Part shown: in pieces, positions 10,546-21,397 of the stretch
Layout: every line of letters begins with the position of its first letter
Numbering within the stretch: position 1 is the first letter of the stretch
Notes under the pieces: model-generated
What the model saw: only the letters and a program-made list of their open reading frames with translations
The model's database searches: none
What the model was told of the DNA's origin: nothing
Program-made: the position numbers and the translations under genes
Assembly (NCBI GenBank): GCA_965140415.1
Contig: OZ223209.1
Location: forward strand, 4,128,001-4,192,000
Source: Myxococcota bacterium
Lineage (GTDB): Bacteria; Myxococcota_A; SURF-8
DNA: 64,000 nucleotides
Reading direction: 5' to 3'

Positions 10546-11804
10546 TGATCCAGTCTCGAAACCGCTCGCATGCAATCTCGATCTTGCTCGTCCTCATGCA
10601 GATAGTCGGATTCGGCGTTTTCGGATGCGACGATCCCAATAACGCTGATGCGGGTGACCATGGCCCCATCGATGGCGATACGACGATAGACGGCGACAGC
10701 GTTGAAGACGGCGATACCGATCCGGATGGGAACGAGAACGACGACTCCCTGACCACCGACTGCGCCGGGCCGCTTCCTGTCGGCGAAACACCTCCGTCTC
10801 CGGCCGCTGATTGCGACAACCTGGACGCCATCATTTATCAGGGCGTGAAACAGCAGATCGCAGCCGGCCAGGAGGCAGCCGCCGCCGTTCGAGAGCAACT
10901 GCTCGACCCCGGAACCATCACAGTCGTTCTCTGCGGCACCGGATCGCCTTTTCCCACGCCGCGTGCGGAATCCTGCACGGCGGTGTTCGTGGGCGGCAAA
11001 TTCCTGCTCTTCGACGCAGGTAACGGGGCGGTTCAGTCCATGCTCAATGAGAACCTTCCACTGGCCGACCTGGACGCGCTGTTCTTGACCCATTTCCATT
11101 CCGACCATATGGCCGAAGTGGGCAACGTCGTGAGTACAAGTTGGATCCTCGGACGCCAAGGGCCGTTGCCGGTCTACGGCGGCGAAGGGTTGTCACGCAT
11201 CGTCGGCGGCTTCAATCGGCTGTATGCGCTGGATGAGACCTATAGAAGAGCACATCACGGAGAGGGTGTCTTCCCACCCGGAACGGAAGGCGCGAGCGAA
11301 CACCTGATCGCTCCTCCTGATGTAACAGGAAGCATTGTCTACGACAAGGACGGCATCGTCGTGAAAGCCTACCCGCTGGATCATTCGCCCGTCGAACCGG
11401 CCTTTGGCTATCGCATCGAATACCAAGGGCGCGTTGTGGCCATCAGCGGCGATTCGCTGCTCGTCGATGGCTTGCGAAACCTGGCGCAGGGAGCCGATAT
11501 TCTGGTTGGGGATGCCATGAACAAGGCCGCCGTCGAAGCGATGGAATGCGCCTTCAAAGACCTCGGCGACGAACGTAACGAATCGGTCATACGGGATATC
11601 CGAACCTATCACCTCGACATATCGGAACTGGCGCAGCTGGCTGAAGAAGCGAACGTGAAGACCCTGGCGCTCACCCACATGGTGCCCGGCGCGGACAACG
11701 AGATGCTGATGGGTATGCTGTTCGAAGATCCGGTGACGGCCATCTTCAGCGGGGAATTGCTCATCGCCAATGATGGTGATCGGGTGAGTTTATCCTTGGA
11801 TTGA
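10542..11804 (+). CDS. lipoprotein RNase Z/AtsA-like MBL-fold hydrolase (paralog of the 3514 N-terminal part)
   Basis: CGTGSP, LFDAG, THFHSDH, ISGDS, LTHM; lipobox VFGC with DGD linker. Confidence 0.88.
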   Translation: MMIQSRNRSHAISILLVLMQIVGFGVFGCDDPNNADAGDHGPIDGDTTIDGDSVEDGDTDPDGNENDDSLTTDCAGPLPVGETPPSPAADCDNLDAIIYQGVKQQIAAGQEAAAAVREQLLDPGTITVVLCGTGSPFPTPRAESCTAVFVGGKFLLFDAGNGAVQSMLNENLPLADLDALFLTHFHSDHMAEVGNVVSTSWILGRQGPLPVYGGEGLSRIVGGFNRLYALDETYRRAHHGEGVFPPGTEGASEHLIAPPDVTGSIVYDKDGIVVKAYPLDHSPVEPAFGYRIEYQGRVVAISGDSLLVDGLRNLAQGADILVGDAMNKAAVEAMECAFKDLGDERNESVIRDIRTYHLDISELAQLAEEANVKTLALTHMVPGADNEMLMGMLFEDPVTAIFSGELLIANDGDRVSLSLD

Positions 11805-11882
11805 GGCGATCGACACTCGCTGGTAGAATATCTCGATTGAACTCCATTTGTTGTGCAATCGCTTGACATTTTCGCCTGCTAG

Positions 11883-11917
11883 TATACTCTTGGTTTAACA
11901 ACTAAACTTGGAGTCTA
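11883..11917. promoter_or_regulatory. two TAnAC-N5-GTnTA palindromes, putative TetR operator
   Basis: tatactcttggttta (11883-11897) and taaacttggagtcta (11903-11917) just before the TetR ATG; ttgaca at 11863. Confidence 0.45.
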
Positions 11918-11919
11918 TA

Positions 11920-12573
11920 ATGGGATGTCAAGAAAGACGTGGACGGGAGATTCAAGAGAGAAAACAAAGCATTATGAAATGCAGCCAGAAGCTCTTCGAA
12001 GAGAAAGGATTCACTGGAGCGACCATGGATGACATAGCCGCCGAAGCAGATTTAACGAAAGCCACGGTCTATAAATATTTCTGTTCCAAGCAAGAATTGC
12101 TTGGTTCGTTGTTACTCACGAATATGAGAACTTTGATCGAGTGGTTTGCCGAAACAGATCGAAAGCACACGGAGCCACTTGAAAAGCTCAACGCTTTCGG
12201 TGAGATTTTCATCCATTTCATGCGTAGCGAAGTTCCAAACTCCATTGGCTCCTACCTTCTGCACCTCGATTTCAATAGCGCCAACATGTCCGAAGCCTTG
12301 CGAATGGAGTTGCGCGAGCATCTGGCAATGCTCTTCGCCCAGGTCCGGAAGTTGATCGACGATGGCGTCCAGAAAAAGATTTTCAAGAAGGACTTCGATG
12401 CCACCCGGATGTCGCTGGTGATCTGGGGAGCGACGATCGGTATCCAGGTATTGAGCGCTAAGCTGACGCCGCATATCTTGCCGGACTTCGGTGAAGATGT
12501 GTTCAATGAAGTGTTGAAACTGATGCCCACGGGCCTTCTGGAGTCTGCAGGGCGATCGAACGATCTCGGTTGA
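11920..12573 (+). CDS. TetR/AcrR family transcriptional regulator
   Basis: LFEEKGFTGATMDDIAAEADLTKATVYKYFCSKQEL HTH. Confidence 0.95.
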   Translation: MGCQERRGREIQERKQSIMKCSQKLFEEKGFTGATMDDIAAEADLTKATVYKYFCSKQELLGSLLLTNMRTLIEWFAETDRKHTEPLEKLNAFGEIFIHFMRSEVPNSIGSYLLHLDFNSANMSEALRMELREHLAMLFAQVRKLIDDGVQKKIFKKDFDATRMSLVIWGATIGIQVLSAKLTPHILPDFGEDVFNEVLKLMPTGLLESAGRSNDLG

Positions 12574-12607
12574 TGCACCGGATTACAATCGCCATAGGAG
12601 GAATAAC

Positions 12608-14170
12608 ATGAAGAATCTTTCAAGACGTTGCTTTCTAGGTATGACAGCGGCTTCACTAGGCACTGTGGCGATTGCAGGGTGCGGTTCGGCCGCCTCCAGT
12701 TTACCAAAGGGAGATGCCGATTCCGATACACCGGATGGCGACACCACGGATTCGGAAAGCGTTTGCGCGGGTCCGAATGACCTTCCCGTCCTCGCGGAGA
12801 CGGACGTGTTAGTAGTGGGCGGCGGTCCGGCAGGTATGGCTGCGGCGATTGCCGCCAGTCGTGCCGGAGCGGAAACCATGCTGGTCGAACGCTACGGATT
12901 TTACGGCGGCGTCATAACCCAGTCCATCATGGGTTCCATTACCTGGTGGCGATATGCCGAAACGGTATCCGCTGGAGGCGTCTGCTCCGAAATCGAGGCG
13001 AAAGCCAAGGAAATGGGCGGCAGCATCAATCTGCTGGAGGCCATCGACAATCCAAGCGTACAGGACATGCTCTATGAACAGGCCGAGGCGAATGGGCTGA
13101 TCGTGGATGGTGAGCCCACCTATGAAATCCTAAAGTCGGAGATGTTCAAGATCGTTGCTGATACCCTCGTTTTGGACGCGGGCGTGGAGCCGCTGCTTCA
13201 CTGTTCGGTGGTTGGCGCTCTTATGGACGGCGACAAGATTGCGGGTGTCATCACCGAGAGCAAATCCGGCCGCCAGGCGATTCGCGCCAAACGGGTGATC
13301 GACGCCTCCGGCGATGCGGATGTGGCGGCTTTTTCGGGCGCGCCGTTTACGAAAGCCGACAAGGACAAACTCATGGAGGTAACCACCAACTTCTCAGTGG
13401 CCAACGTAGATTTGATGGCCCTGATGACCTACATCGTACTTGAAAACCGCACCATGGCGGACTGGATCGACCGTGATTGCGGTAAAGAAAAGAATATGTT
13501 TAGTACGCATTTCTTCCGTGCGTTCGAGGAAGCGGCGGCGGCAGGAGAGATCCCTGGCGACGTCGAGTTGCGCGCCTTTCCGGGCGGCTTCACGTCTCCG
13601 GGCAACGTCCTTTCGCTCAATGCGGTGCATCTGCATGGCGTCGATCCGACGAACGTCATGGATCTGACACATGCGGAAATCGAAGGCCGCAGGCGCGTGC
13701 TGATGGCGATGGATGTTTTAAAAAAGCGCGTGCCGGGCTTCAAGGACGCCGAACTCACGATGATCGGCGCGTCGCTGGGTTGCCGGGAGTCGCGCAAAAT
13801 CGAGGCCGAATACCGGATCACGGAGCAGGAGGTGATGAACCAGGGGACTTTTCAAGACAGCATCGGCATCTTCCCGGAATTCATCGACGGCTACAAAGTC
13901 TTGTGTCTGCCCACCACTGGGCGTTACTTCCAGGTTCCCTATCGAATCATTGTGCCGCAAAAGATCGAAAACCTGCTCGTCGCCGGTCGCTCCGTATCCA
14001 GCGATCGCATCGCCCACGGTGCTGTCCGACAGATGGGCTGCTGCATGGTCACGGGGCAGGGAGCGGGTGTGGCGGCGGCGCTTTCGCTAAAGGAGAGCTG
14101 CACCTGCAGGGAGATGGACATCACCAAGATACAAAACGAACTGGCCCGTCAAAACGTGCGGATTGGTTAG
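12608..14170 (+). CDS. FAD-dependent oxidoreductase, Tat-type lipoprotein
   Basis: SRRCFL + IAGC; DVLVVGGGPAG, IDASGDAD, RESR, LLVAGR, GQGAGVAAAL. Confidence 0.88.
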   Translation: MKNLSRRCFLGMTAASLGTVAIAGCGSAASSLPKGDADSDTPDGDTTDSESVCAGPNDLPVLAETDVLVVGGGPAGMAAAIAASRAGAETMLVERYGFYGGVITQSIMGSITWWRYAETVSAGGVCSEIEAKAKEMGGSINLLEAIDNPSVQDMLYEQAEANGLIVDGEPTYEILKSEMFKIVADTLVLDAGVEPLLHCSVVGALMDGDKIAGVITESKSGRQAIRAKRVIDASGDADVAAFSGAPFTKADKDKLMEVTTNFSVANVDLMALMTYIVLENRTMADWIDRDCGKEKNMFSTHFFRAFEEAAAAGEIPGDVELRAFPGGFTSPGNVLSLNAVHLHGVDPTNVMDLTHAEIEGRRRVLMAMDVLKKRVPGFKDAELTMIGASLGCRESRKIEAEYRITEQEVMNQGTFQDSIGIFPEFIDGYKVLCLPTTGRYFQVPYRIIVPQKIENLLVAGRSVSSDRIAHGAVRQMGCCMVTGQGAGVAAALSLKESCTCREMDITKIQNELARQNVRIG

Positions 14171-14219
14171 AATCAGTCGCGCCATGTGCGCCAAAGCTTC
14201 TTTGTTGGAGAAACAAGAA

Positions 14220-15809
14220 ATGAACGTACATTTCAAATGGTTACCTGCCGTGATTCTGGCCATTGTGTTCACTTGCATCGCTTGTTCGGAAACCAACGAT
14301 CCGGGAGAAACGGATGGAGATATTCCTCCGGACGGCGACGAGGATGTGGATTTCGATGCGTCGGAGGGTGACGTACCCGAGGCTGAAGAAAAACCCGAGC
14401 CGGAATCCACGCTTGCTTGGCTGTATGCCCGCAGCGGCGAACACCCAGGCATCTTCGACGATGACGGACGCCAATGGCTCTTGCGCGGGGTGAACTTCAA
14501 TCACCTGGGCGACTATTGGCAGGTGCATCCCTCCCTGCCCACCGTGGCCGAACTCAGCGACGAAGACTGGGACGACGCCGCTTACTACGGCGCGAACGTC
14601 ATCCGTCTAGTGACGACCTGGTCTTTTTGGCAGCCGGAAAGAGACACCTTTAACGAAGAGTATTTGGAGCGTGTCCGGGCCGCCATCAAGGAGGCCAACG
14701 AGCGCGAGATGTACGTGGTGATCGACATGCACCAGGACGCCTGGTCCAAGTTCGTGTTCACACCGGCGGATGAAGTTTGCCCGGAAGGGACGAATCACCA
14801 GAAGGGTTGGGACGGCGCACCGGAGTGGGCGACATTCACGGACGATCAACCAACCTGCACGCCAGGACGCCGCGAGGAAAGCCCGTCCGTCATTCGCGCT
14901 TGGACGAACTTCTATGACAATCGGGAAGGCATCCGGGATGAACTGGTGCGCGTCTGGGCGCGCATCGCCAGGGAGTTCGCCCATCATTCCGGCGTAGCGG
15001 GCTTTGATCTCATCAACGAACCGGGTGAGGGCGAGGATAACACTCGTGAAGGTCTGACCACGTTCTACCGCAGCGCCATCGACGTCATCCGCGAAGCCGA
15101 GGCCGAAGTTGGTGGTCGTGGCCATATCATTATCTTTGAACCCAGCGCGCATGCGGTCTTGCCTGATTTCGACCTGCACGACGACCCGCAACTTGTCTTT
15201 GGCGCCCACAATTACTTCGGGATGATTCACTCCAGTGAAGATTTGCTGGAAGATTCCTTCGGACTCTATGCCTGGCTTGCCGAGCAGTACGGAGGCCGGA
15301 CTGTATGGATCGGTGAATACGGCGCGTTTGGCGATGAGGAGCGAAACACCGAATATATGACGAAATACGCCGCCTACGAAGACGCCATTCCCGGTTCCGG
15401 CGGGACCTGGTGGCAGTGGGCGCAGCGCTGCGGCGATCCGCACAACGTGCAGCAGCCACCGACCAAGGAGTGGCTTGAAGAGAAACAGGCGTCCTGCGAT
15501 GACGAATCCTATACGCGGCGCTACTCGGATCCACCCGCCAAATGTATGGACCGCGCCTTTCCGCGCGCCGTACCGGGACGGCTGGTGTCGATCGGGGAAG
15601 GTGCTTGCGACGGCTATCTCTCCGTGACCGGGGAAACCGACACATCGGGTGAAGCGGAATTGTGGTATCCGTCAGCAACCGAGACGGAGCCCACGGTCAG
15701 CGGAGAGAACATCGGATCGGTCACGCTGAACAAGGTCCCCGGAGGGTGGCGAGTCATCGCCACGGTTTCCAGCGCATACAGTATCAACGTGAGTATGGCA
15801 TCAAAGTAA
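14220..15809 (+). CDS. GH5 glycoside hydrolase, endoglycoceramidase-like lipoprotein
   Basis: LRGVN, IDMHQD, DGAPEWA, acid/base NEP, nucleophile IGEYG. Confidence 0.85.
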   Translation: MNVHFKWLPAVILAIVFTCIACSETNDPGETDGDIPPDGDEDVDFDASEGDVPEAEEKPEPESTLAWLYARSGEHPGIFDDDGRQWLLRGVNFNHLGDYWQVHPSLPTVAELSDEDWDDAAYYGANVIRLVTTWSFWQPERDTFNEEYLERVRAAIKEANEREMYVVIDMHQDAWSKFVFTPADEVCPEGTNHQKGWDGAPEWATFTDDQPTCTPGRREESPSVIRAWTNFYDNREGIRDELVRVWARIAREFAHHSGVAGFDLINEPGEGEDNTREGLTTFYRSAIDVIREAEAEVGGRGHIIIFEPSAHAVLPDFDLHDDPQLVFGAHNYFGMIHSSEDLLEDSFGLYAWLAEQYGGRTVWIGEYGAFGDEERNTEYMTKYAAYEDAIPGSGGTWWQWAQRCGDPHNVQQPPTKEWLEEKQASCDDESYTRRYSDPPAKCMDRAFPRAVPGRLVSIGEGACDGYLSVTGETDTSGEAELWYPSATETEPTVSGENIGSVTLNKVPGGWRVIATVSSAYSINVSMASK

Positions 15810-15878
15810 TCGCTAACGACGATCAAACATAGGATAGGCGACAGAGATAGTTGGTCCGCTTCAAGAATTGGAGGGTAT

Positions 15879-17216
15879 ATGAGAAGCGCAAGCTTGATAT
15901 TGTTACTGGTCTCGTTTGCTTTGATTGGCTGTTCGCAGAATTCCTCGTCCAACGATTCCTACGATGGAGATCAGGACCAACCCGAACAGGAATTCGAGTT
16001 GGAAGACGAAACGGAACAAAAAGGAGAAGAAGCTGACGATACGCCTCAAGCACCTTCCGATGATCCCGCCGACTACCGGGTTGACACGAGTAAGACCTAC
16101 AAAATCCAGGTGTCCGATCCACGATGGGTGGTTCCCTCGGACGGTTTGCCTTCTCAGGCTCCGGCTGCGGTTTCCAACGCCAACGTGGACATCCAGTTCT
16201 TCGGCGAAAAGCTCTACATGGCTTGGCGGGCCGCCCCTTTCCACTTCGCAGGCAACGAAACCCTGATGCATGTCGTGTCTTCGACCGACGGCGGTCACAC
16301 CTGGGACTACGAAGCCACGGTGGACAAAGACACCGACGTGCGAGAGCCGCGATTTCTGGTCATCGACGGACAGTTGCAATTGACGTTCTTCGAGGCCGGG
16401 ACCGACATGTTCTCCTTTGAGCCTAAACGGCTGTGGCGTATGTTTTACCAGAGTCCCGGCAGTTGGACCGAACCCGAAATCATGTTGGACAGCCCGGAAG
16501 TGTTGTGGGATGTGAAGACCCGGAACGGGAAGGTCTACATGACCTCCTACCGGGGGAACCATTACGACGTTTCGGGCGAGAGCCTGCTTGAAGTGCGGTT
16601 CAAATACTCCGCCGACGGCATCAACTGGCATCCCATCGACGGCAACGAAGGCGTGGTATACACGGGCGGCGTGTCGGAAGTAGCCTTTGAATTTGACGCG
16701 GAAGGCAACCTGTGGGCAGTGACGCGCAACGAAGACGGGGATGACAGCGGCTTCGGCGCGCACGTCTGCTTCGCGCCTAAAAATGCACTTTCCGAGTGGG
16801 AATGTTCGGAACGGAGTGATCCGAATCGCTATGATTCTCCGGAAATGTTCCGTCATGGAGAGGAAATCTATCTAGTAGCACGTCGCGATGTCGGCGGTCC
16901 TTACGATGAAGGGCGCGACGATCTTTCATTCGAAGAACAGAAAAGCACGTATCTGATGAATTATTCTCTTCGTCCGAAAGGAACGGCGCTTTATCGTATC
17001 AACCGGGACGAACGAAAAGTTGAGAAACTGTTTGATCTGCCAGGTTGTGGAGACAACGCATTCCCGTCGGTGCGTCGTCTTGGTACGCATGAATTTCTGA
17101 TGGCCAATTATACGAATCCGCTCGATATGACGGACAGCAACTGGCTGAATGGCCAAACATCCAGTCGGGGTACACAGATATACTTGATGACAATCTCATT
17201 TATTCAAGATGAATAA
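15879..17216 (+). CDS. lipoprotein with Asp-box (BNR) beta-propeller, sialidase-like fold
   Basis: SSTDGGHTW and YSADGINW Asp-boxes, DVREP; lipobox LIGC. Confidence 0.65.
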   Translation: MRSASLILLLVSFALIGCSQNSSSNDSYDGDQDQPEQEFELEDETEQKGEEADDTPQAPSDDPADYRVDTSKTYKIQVSDPRWVVPSDGLPSQAPAAVSNANVDIQFFGEKLYMAWRAAPFHFAGNETLMHVVSSTDGGHTWDYEATVDKDTDVREPRFLVIDGQLQLTFFEAGTDMFSFEPKRLWRMFYQSPGSWTEPEIMLDSPEVLWDVKTRNGKVYMTSYRGNHYDVSGESLLEVRFKYSADGINWHPIDGNEGVVYTGGVSEVAFEFDAEGNLWAVTRNEDGDDSGFGAHVCFAPKNALSEWECSERSDPNRYDSPEMFRHGEEIYLVARRDVGGPYDEGRDDLSFEEQKSTYLMNYSLRPKGTALYRINRDERKVEKLFDLPGCGDNAFPSVRRLGTHEFLMANYTNPLDMTDSNWLNGQTSSRGTQIYLMTISFIQDE

Positions 17217-17719
17217 TACTGGTTCGTCACCTGTAATGGTTTTAGTACGTTGAAAGCCTCACCATTTCGACGTTTCCAGCAATCTCTACAGCCGATTGGG
17301 CGATGAGTTTCTCCAGAGCGAAACGAATTTCAAAGCCCGTGTATCCCGAAAGCTCCGTCCAAGCTGAAATCACTTGCCTTTTCGTGATCGCTCCGCAAAG
17401 CTGTCTTGCATGAAAATCTTGCTCATCATCACGATATTGGCCGCTTTGAATTTTTTCCTCTTCGGTTACGTCCAACGGAAACTGATCCTGCTTGTCGCCT
17501 TGCAACGTCAGCAGTTGGCCGTTTGGATAGGCGGGTATTGTCCGTTGCCTTCGCCCTTGCGGGCGGGGCGCTCCCTATACCCACCCATTATTGGCCGGGG
17601 TTGCATATATGCAACGATTCCCCTTCAGCTCATGGTTTCAATACTTTCGATTTGCATCGATTTCAGGTTCATTCGAATATGATATACTGGATCGGTCTGA
17701 ATATTCGCAAAGAGGTTTG

Positions 17720-18640
17720 ATGAATTCATCAAAACGGACAAAGAGATGGATCATCGGGGCAATTTCAGCCCCTGGTCTACTGGTATTAGTGGTGACGGTC
17801 GCCATTTTCATCCTGACGCATCGAGTAGAAGGTCACTACTTCAACTCCAATGGGATTCGGATCCATTACACTGACGAAGGAGAAGGAACGCCGGTCGTTC
17901 TGCTTCACGGATTTGCGGTCAATGCGGATCTCAATTGGCGAATCCCCGGCGTCACAGAGAAACTCGCCGATCGATTCCGCGTCATTGCTATGGATTTACG
18001 CGGTCATGGTTTGAGTTCCAAGCCACATGACCCTGATAAATACGGAACCGAGATGGTCGAGGACGTTATTCGGCTCCTCGATCACCTCAAGATCGACAAA
18101 GCGTGGGTAGCAGGCTATTCCCTGGGTGGGTTTATCGCGCTCAAACTGGCGGTTTTACATCCCGACCGTCTATTTGGAGTCGCTCCCTGCGGAGCAGGCT
18201 GGGAGCAGCCCGAGCATGGGCGATTCCTGGCTGCCCTGGATCGCTTTGCCGATCAGCTGGAGCAAGGCGGCTCCATCGGTCCGCTGGCGGCGGAAATCGA
18301 CCCGAAACGACCCAAACCTGGTTTCATCCATCGGCTATGGGTCAATCTGATGACTGGATACTTTAACGACAAGCAGGCGCTGATCGCCATGATACGAGCG
18401 ATCCCCGAACTGGCGATTACCAGGGAAGAACTAAGTGACGTGCCGGTTCCCGTTCTGGCGGTTGTAGGCGAAATCGACCTGCTGTCGGTGGGGGCAAAAT
18501 CTATGGAAGGCGTTTTGCCTGATTTACGGCTGGTGATCGTCCCCGATGCGGATCACATGCAGGTCCCTGGCAGTGATGTACTGCTGAATGAGTTGATTCG
18601 GTTCTTCAGTGGAGATGTTCGCAACGCTCCATCAGACTGA
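17720..18640 (+). CDS. alpha/beta hydrolase with N-terminal membrane anchor
   Basis: LLHGF, DLRGHG, GYSLGG, GEID, DADH. Confidence 0.9.
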   Translation: MNSSKRTKRWIIGAISAPGLLVLVVTVAIFILTHRVEGHYFNSNGIRIHYTDEGEGTPVVLLHGFAVNADLNWRIPGVTEKLADRFRVIAMDLRGHGLSSKPHDPDKYGTEMVEDVIRLLDHLKIDKAWVAGYSLGGFIALKLAVLHPDRLFGVAPCGAGWEQPEHGRFLAALDRFADQLEQGGSIGPLAAEIDPKRPKPGFIHRLWVNLMTGYFNDKQALIAMIRAIPELAITREELSDVPVPVLAVVGEIDLLSVGAKSMEGVLPDLRLVIVPDADHMQVPGSDVLLNELIRFFSGDVRNAPSD

Positions 18641-18733
18641 TGACTGGCTCGCTACGCCCGGGTCAGTCTGTTCCCTTCGAGCGATATGGCGATCCGGAAC
18701 ACGTTTTCTTCTTACGTCGACTAAAGAAGAAGC

Positions 18734-20335
18734 TCAAAGGCTCCTTCTCCGCTGGATTACCCAAAGAGGCAACAGAATGATTATTATTACGACAACAGAC
18801 CAATTCATTTCAACCTGACTGCAATCACCTCCGGCTCCGGAAGCGCCATCGACTACATCGGAATTGTTATCTCCATCTGAAAGGGAATCGCCATCGGGGT
18901 TTATCGTATCATTATCCGCCGGCTGGACATCTCCATCGGGATGCGCCTCGTCTCCGTCGGAAGCCACCTGATCGCCATCGGTCAACACATCATCGCCATC
19001 TATTGGGCGTTCATCACCGTCCGGTTCCGAGATATCACCATCCTCCGTCGGAACACATTCGCCATCCAGGCAATGTGTTCCGGGATCACAATACATCAAA
19101 GGCTGCCATTCCCCCTGCGGGTTGCATATTTCAACGGATTCAAGTCCGGCGCAGCGAAAATCATTGAAGGTGCAATCGCCTTCAGCGTCTGCGTCGCCAT
19201 CCGGCAACGAACCGCATTGTTCCGACGCCTCACCCGGACAGGTTTCCGTCCCCGTGCCACAACCATCCAAGCGCGTATCGAAGGAACCACGACCATCCGT
19301 CGCCCAGGAGTACCATTCCTCCCACCAGCCGCGATAGCTGTTGACCAGTTCTATCTGATTCGGTGTTGGCCGTTGCCCCGGATCGTATACGATCACGAAG
19401 GCCGCTTTCCAATGACACCGTTCCAAAGGCGGATCACGATCCCCCAAAACACGAACAATATCCCCAATGCTTACATCTACCCGCTCGCCTTCCACCGTCC
19501 GTTCGCTTCCTTGCGCCACCGGGAATCCATCCGTATCGCTCAGGTACGGGGTCTTGACTACGAAAGAGGGGCTGACCTCGTTTGCCAGGCGTAACCCCAT
19601 CAGGTACTGATCCAGTTCTCCATACTTCAACGCTTCACGCGTCAGGTGAAAATGGGTATCGTCGATCGGTTCTATAGTGTTTGCGTACATCACCGAAGGT
19701 TGATTCAGGTAAATGGACCAATGGCGATTGAAATCCTCCGCCGGATGACCGTTGCAGGTCTCGCCCGTCGTCGATCCACCGCCGTTGCCGGTGTAAGCCC
19801 GCAACAGGCATTGTGTTCCATTTCCATCGTTCAGATCGAAGCTGGCGTTGGCCAGCCACTGGTGGCCGAATTCGTGGCCCATCAACTCTAAAGTGGACAG
19901 AGTAAAGCCGAAGATGCCTGAATACGTGGTGTCAGGATCGTCGGTTATGTAATTCAGACTGCCCATCTTTACGGCGTGGCGCAGCCGTGTACTACAGAAT
20001 TGCGCTCGTGAATCTCCCATCTCCAGCCCGGTACCGAGACTGGGAGAGTACACCGGAAAGCCGCTAGCGACATTGGCGAGCATGCCCAGGGAGCGTGTGG
20101 TATAGATGAAGAGAGCGTCGTAGCTGTCCGGCATTTCCCGATAGAAGGCGCAGGCGGCGCGCATCTGGAAACCGTACGTAATCATATCCGAATGAATCGA
20201 GCCGTCTGAATCCTCGATCAGGACAACGTTTCCGACAACCTCAGCGTAAATCGGGAGACTCACGATGGAGGAAAAAAGAAAAAGGAGGATGCTTGCATAC
20301 AATTTCAACACAGTTTTGCTCCCTGGAACTTGCAC
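18734..20335 (-). CDS. secreted zinc metallopeptidase-like protein with DGD repeats and MYXO-CTERM-like tail
   Basis: Signal peptide, HEFGH, Cys-rich segment, 7-aa DGD repeats, GGDC-TM-RRR C-terminus. Confidence 0.75.
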   Translation of the reverse strand: MQVPGSKTVLKLYASILLFLFSSIVSLPIYAEVVGNVVLIEDSDGSIHSDMITYGFQMRAACAFYREMPDSYDALFIYTTRSLGMLANVASGFPVYSPSLGTGLEMGDSRAQFCSTRLRHAVKMGSLNYITDDPDTTYSGIFGFTLSTLELMGHEFGHQWLANASFDLNDGNGTQCLLRAYTGNGGGSTTGETCNGHPAEDFNRHWSIYLNQPSVMYANTIEPIDDTHFHLTREALKYGELDQYLMGLRLANEVSPSFVVKTPYLSDTDGFPVAQGSERTVEGERVDVSIGDIVRVLGDRDPPLERCHWKAAFVIVYDPGQRPTPNQIELVNSYRGWWEEWYSWATDGRGSFDTRLDGCGTGTETCPGEASEQCGSLPDGDADAEGDCTFNDFRCAGLESVEICNPQGEWQPLMYCDPGTHCLDGECVPTEDGDISEPDGDERPIDGDDVLTDGDQVASDGDEAHPDGDVQPADNDTINPDGDSLSDGDNNSDVVDGASGAGGDCSQVEMNWSVVVIIIILLPLWVIQRRRSL

Positions 20336-20499
20336 TGCTTGGTTTGGTTTCGGTGTTTATCAGAACACTCAATTACCAGGAATGTACCATGAGACCACTG
20401 AACAGACAATGATTCGATCTGAGATATCCGTATCTTTCCGGCCTGGCATGTGCTAGGGTCAATTCATCGACTTACTCCTTCCGGGATCGGAGCATTTGC

Positions 20500-21375
20500 A
20501 TGGACATGATCGGAACTCCGCACGAAACCCGTGTGCAAGATACCACCATCGTGTGGGGTGAGATGGGCGACGGCCCGCCATTGGTACTGTTGCACGGGCT
20601 GTTCGATTCGCACCGCACCTGGCGGCGCGTGGCGCCGTTGCTGGCAACGAAATACTGCGTCCTGATGCCCGATCTGCCGGGCAACGGCTATTCGGGCCGC
20701 CCGGATGCCCCCTACACCCTGGACTGGAATGCGGATGTCGTGTCGGACTGGATGGCGGCTATTGGAGTGAATACGGCCCATATCTGCGGGCATTCCTACG
20801 GCGGCGGTGTCGTCCAGTGGATGTTGCTCAATCATCGGGAACGGATCGAGCGCTTGGCGCTGGTGTCCTCGGGAGGACTAGGGCGCGGAGTGGCGCTGGG
20901 GATGCGTTTGGCAGCCTTTCCCTTCTTCGGCTCCAGGATCACCCCGTTTGCGCTCCGTTATGGCCTTCCGCGCGTCCTGAAGTACATCTCCGGCACCTTC
21001 GGAAACATGGAAACAGACGAGCAGGAGCGCTTCATAGAAATGAGCCGCATTCCCGGCACGGAAATGGCCTTTCAGCGGACGCTGACAGGCGTCATCAATG
21101 TCTTCGGCCAATACATGCAGACCTCCCAGCGCTCAGAGGAAGTGGACGACATGCCGCCGGTGGCGATGTTCTGGGGCGAGAAGGATCCCATCATCCCGAT
21201 TCGCCATGGGCGGGAGGCGGTAAAGCGTTCGGAGAACATCACACTCACCACCTATAAGAAATGTGGGCACTATCCCCATCTCGATGCGACTGAAGCCTTT
21301 GCGCGTGATCTGTTGGCCTTTCTCGACGATCCAAAAGCCCGTCCGGCGCGGATGGGATCGAAGGCGACTGCATAA
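20500..21375 (+). CDS. alpha/beta fold hydrolase
   Basis: LLHG, DLPGNG, GHSYGG, WGEKD, CGHYPH. Confidence 0.92.
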   Translation: MDMIGTPHETRVQDTTIVWGEMGDGPPLVLLHGLFDSHRTWRRVAPLLATKYCVLMPDLPGNGYSGRPDAPYTLDWNADVVSDWMAAIGVNTAHICGHSYGGGVVQWMLLNHRERIERLALVSSGGLGRGVALGMRLAAFPFFGSRITPFALRYGLPRVLKYISGTFGNMETDEQERFIEMSRIPGTEMAFQRTLTGVINVFGQYMQTSQRSEEVDDMPPVAMFWGEKDPIIPIRHGREAVKRSENITLTTYKKCGHYPHLDATEAFARDLLAFLDDPKARPARMGSKATA

Positions 21376-21397
21376 CAGACGGTCATTCTGTCGGCTC

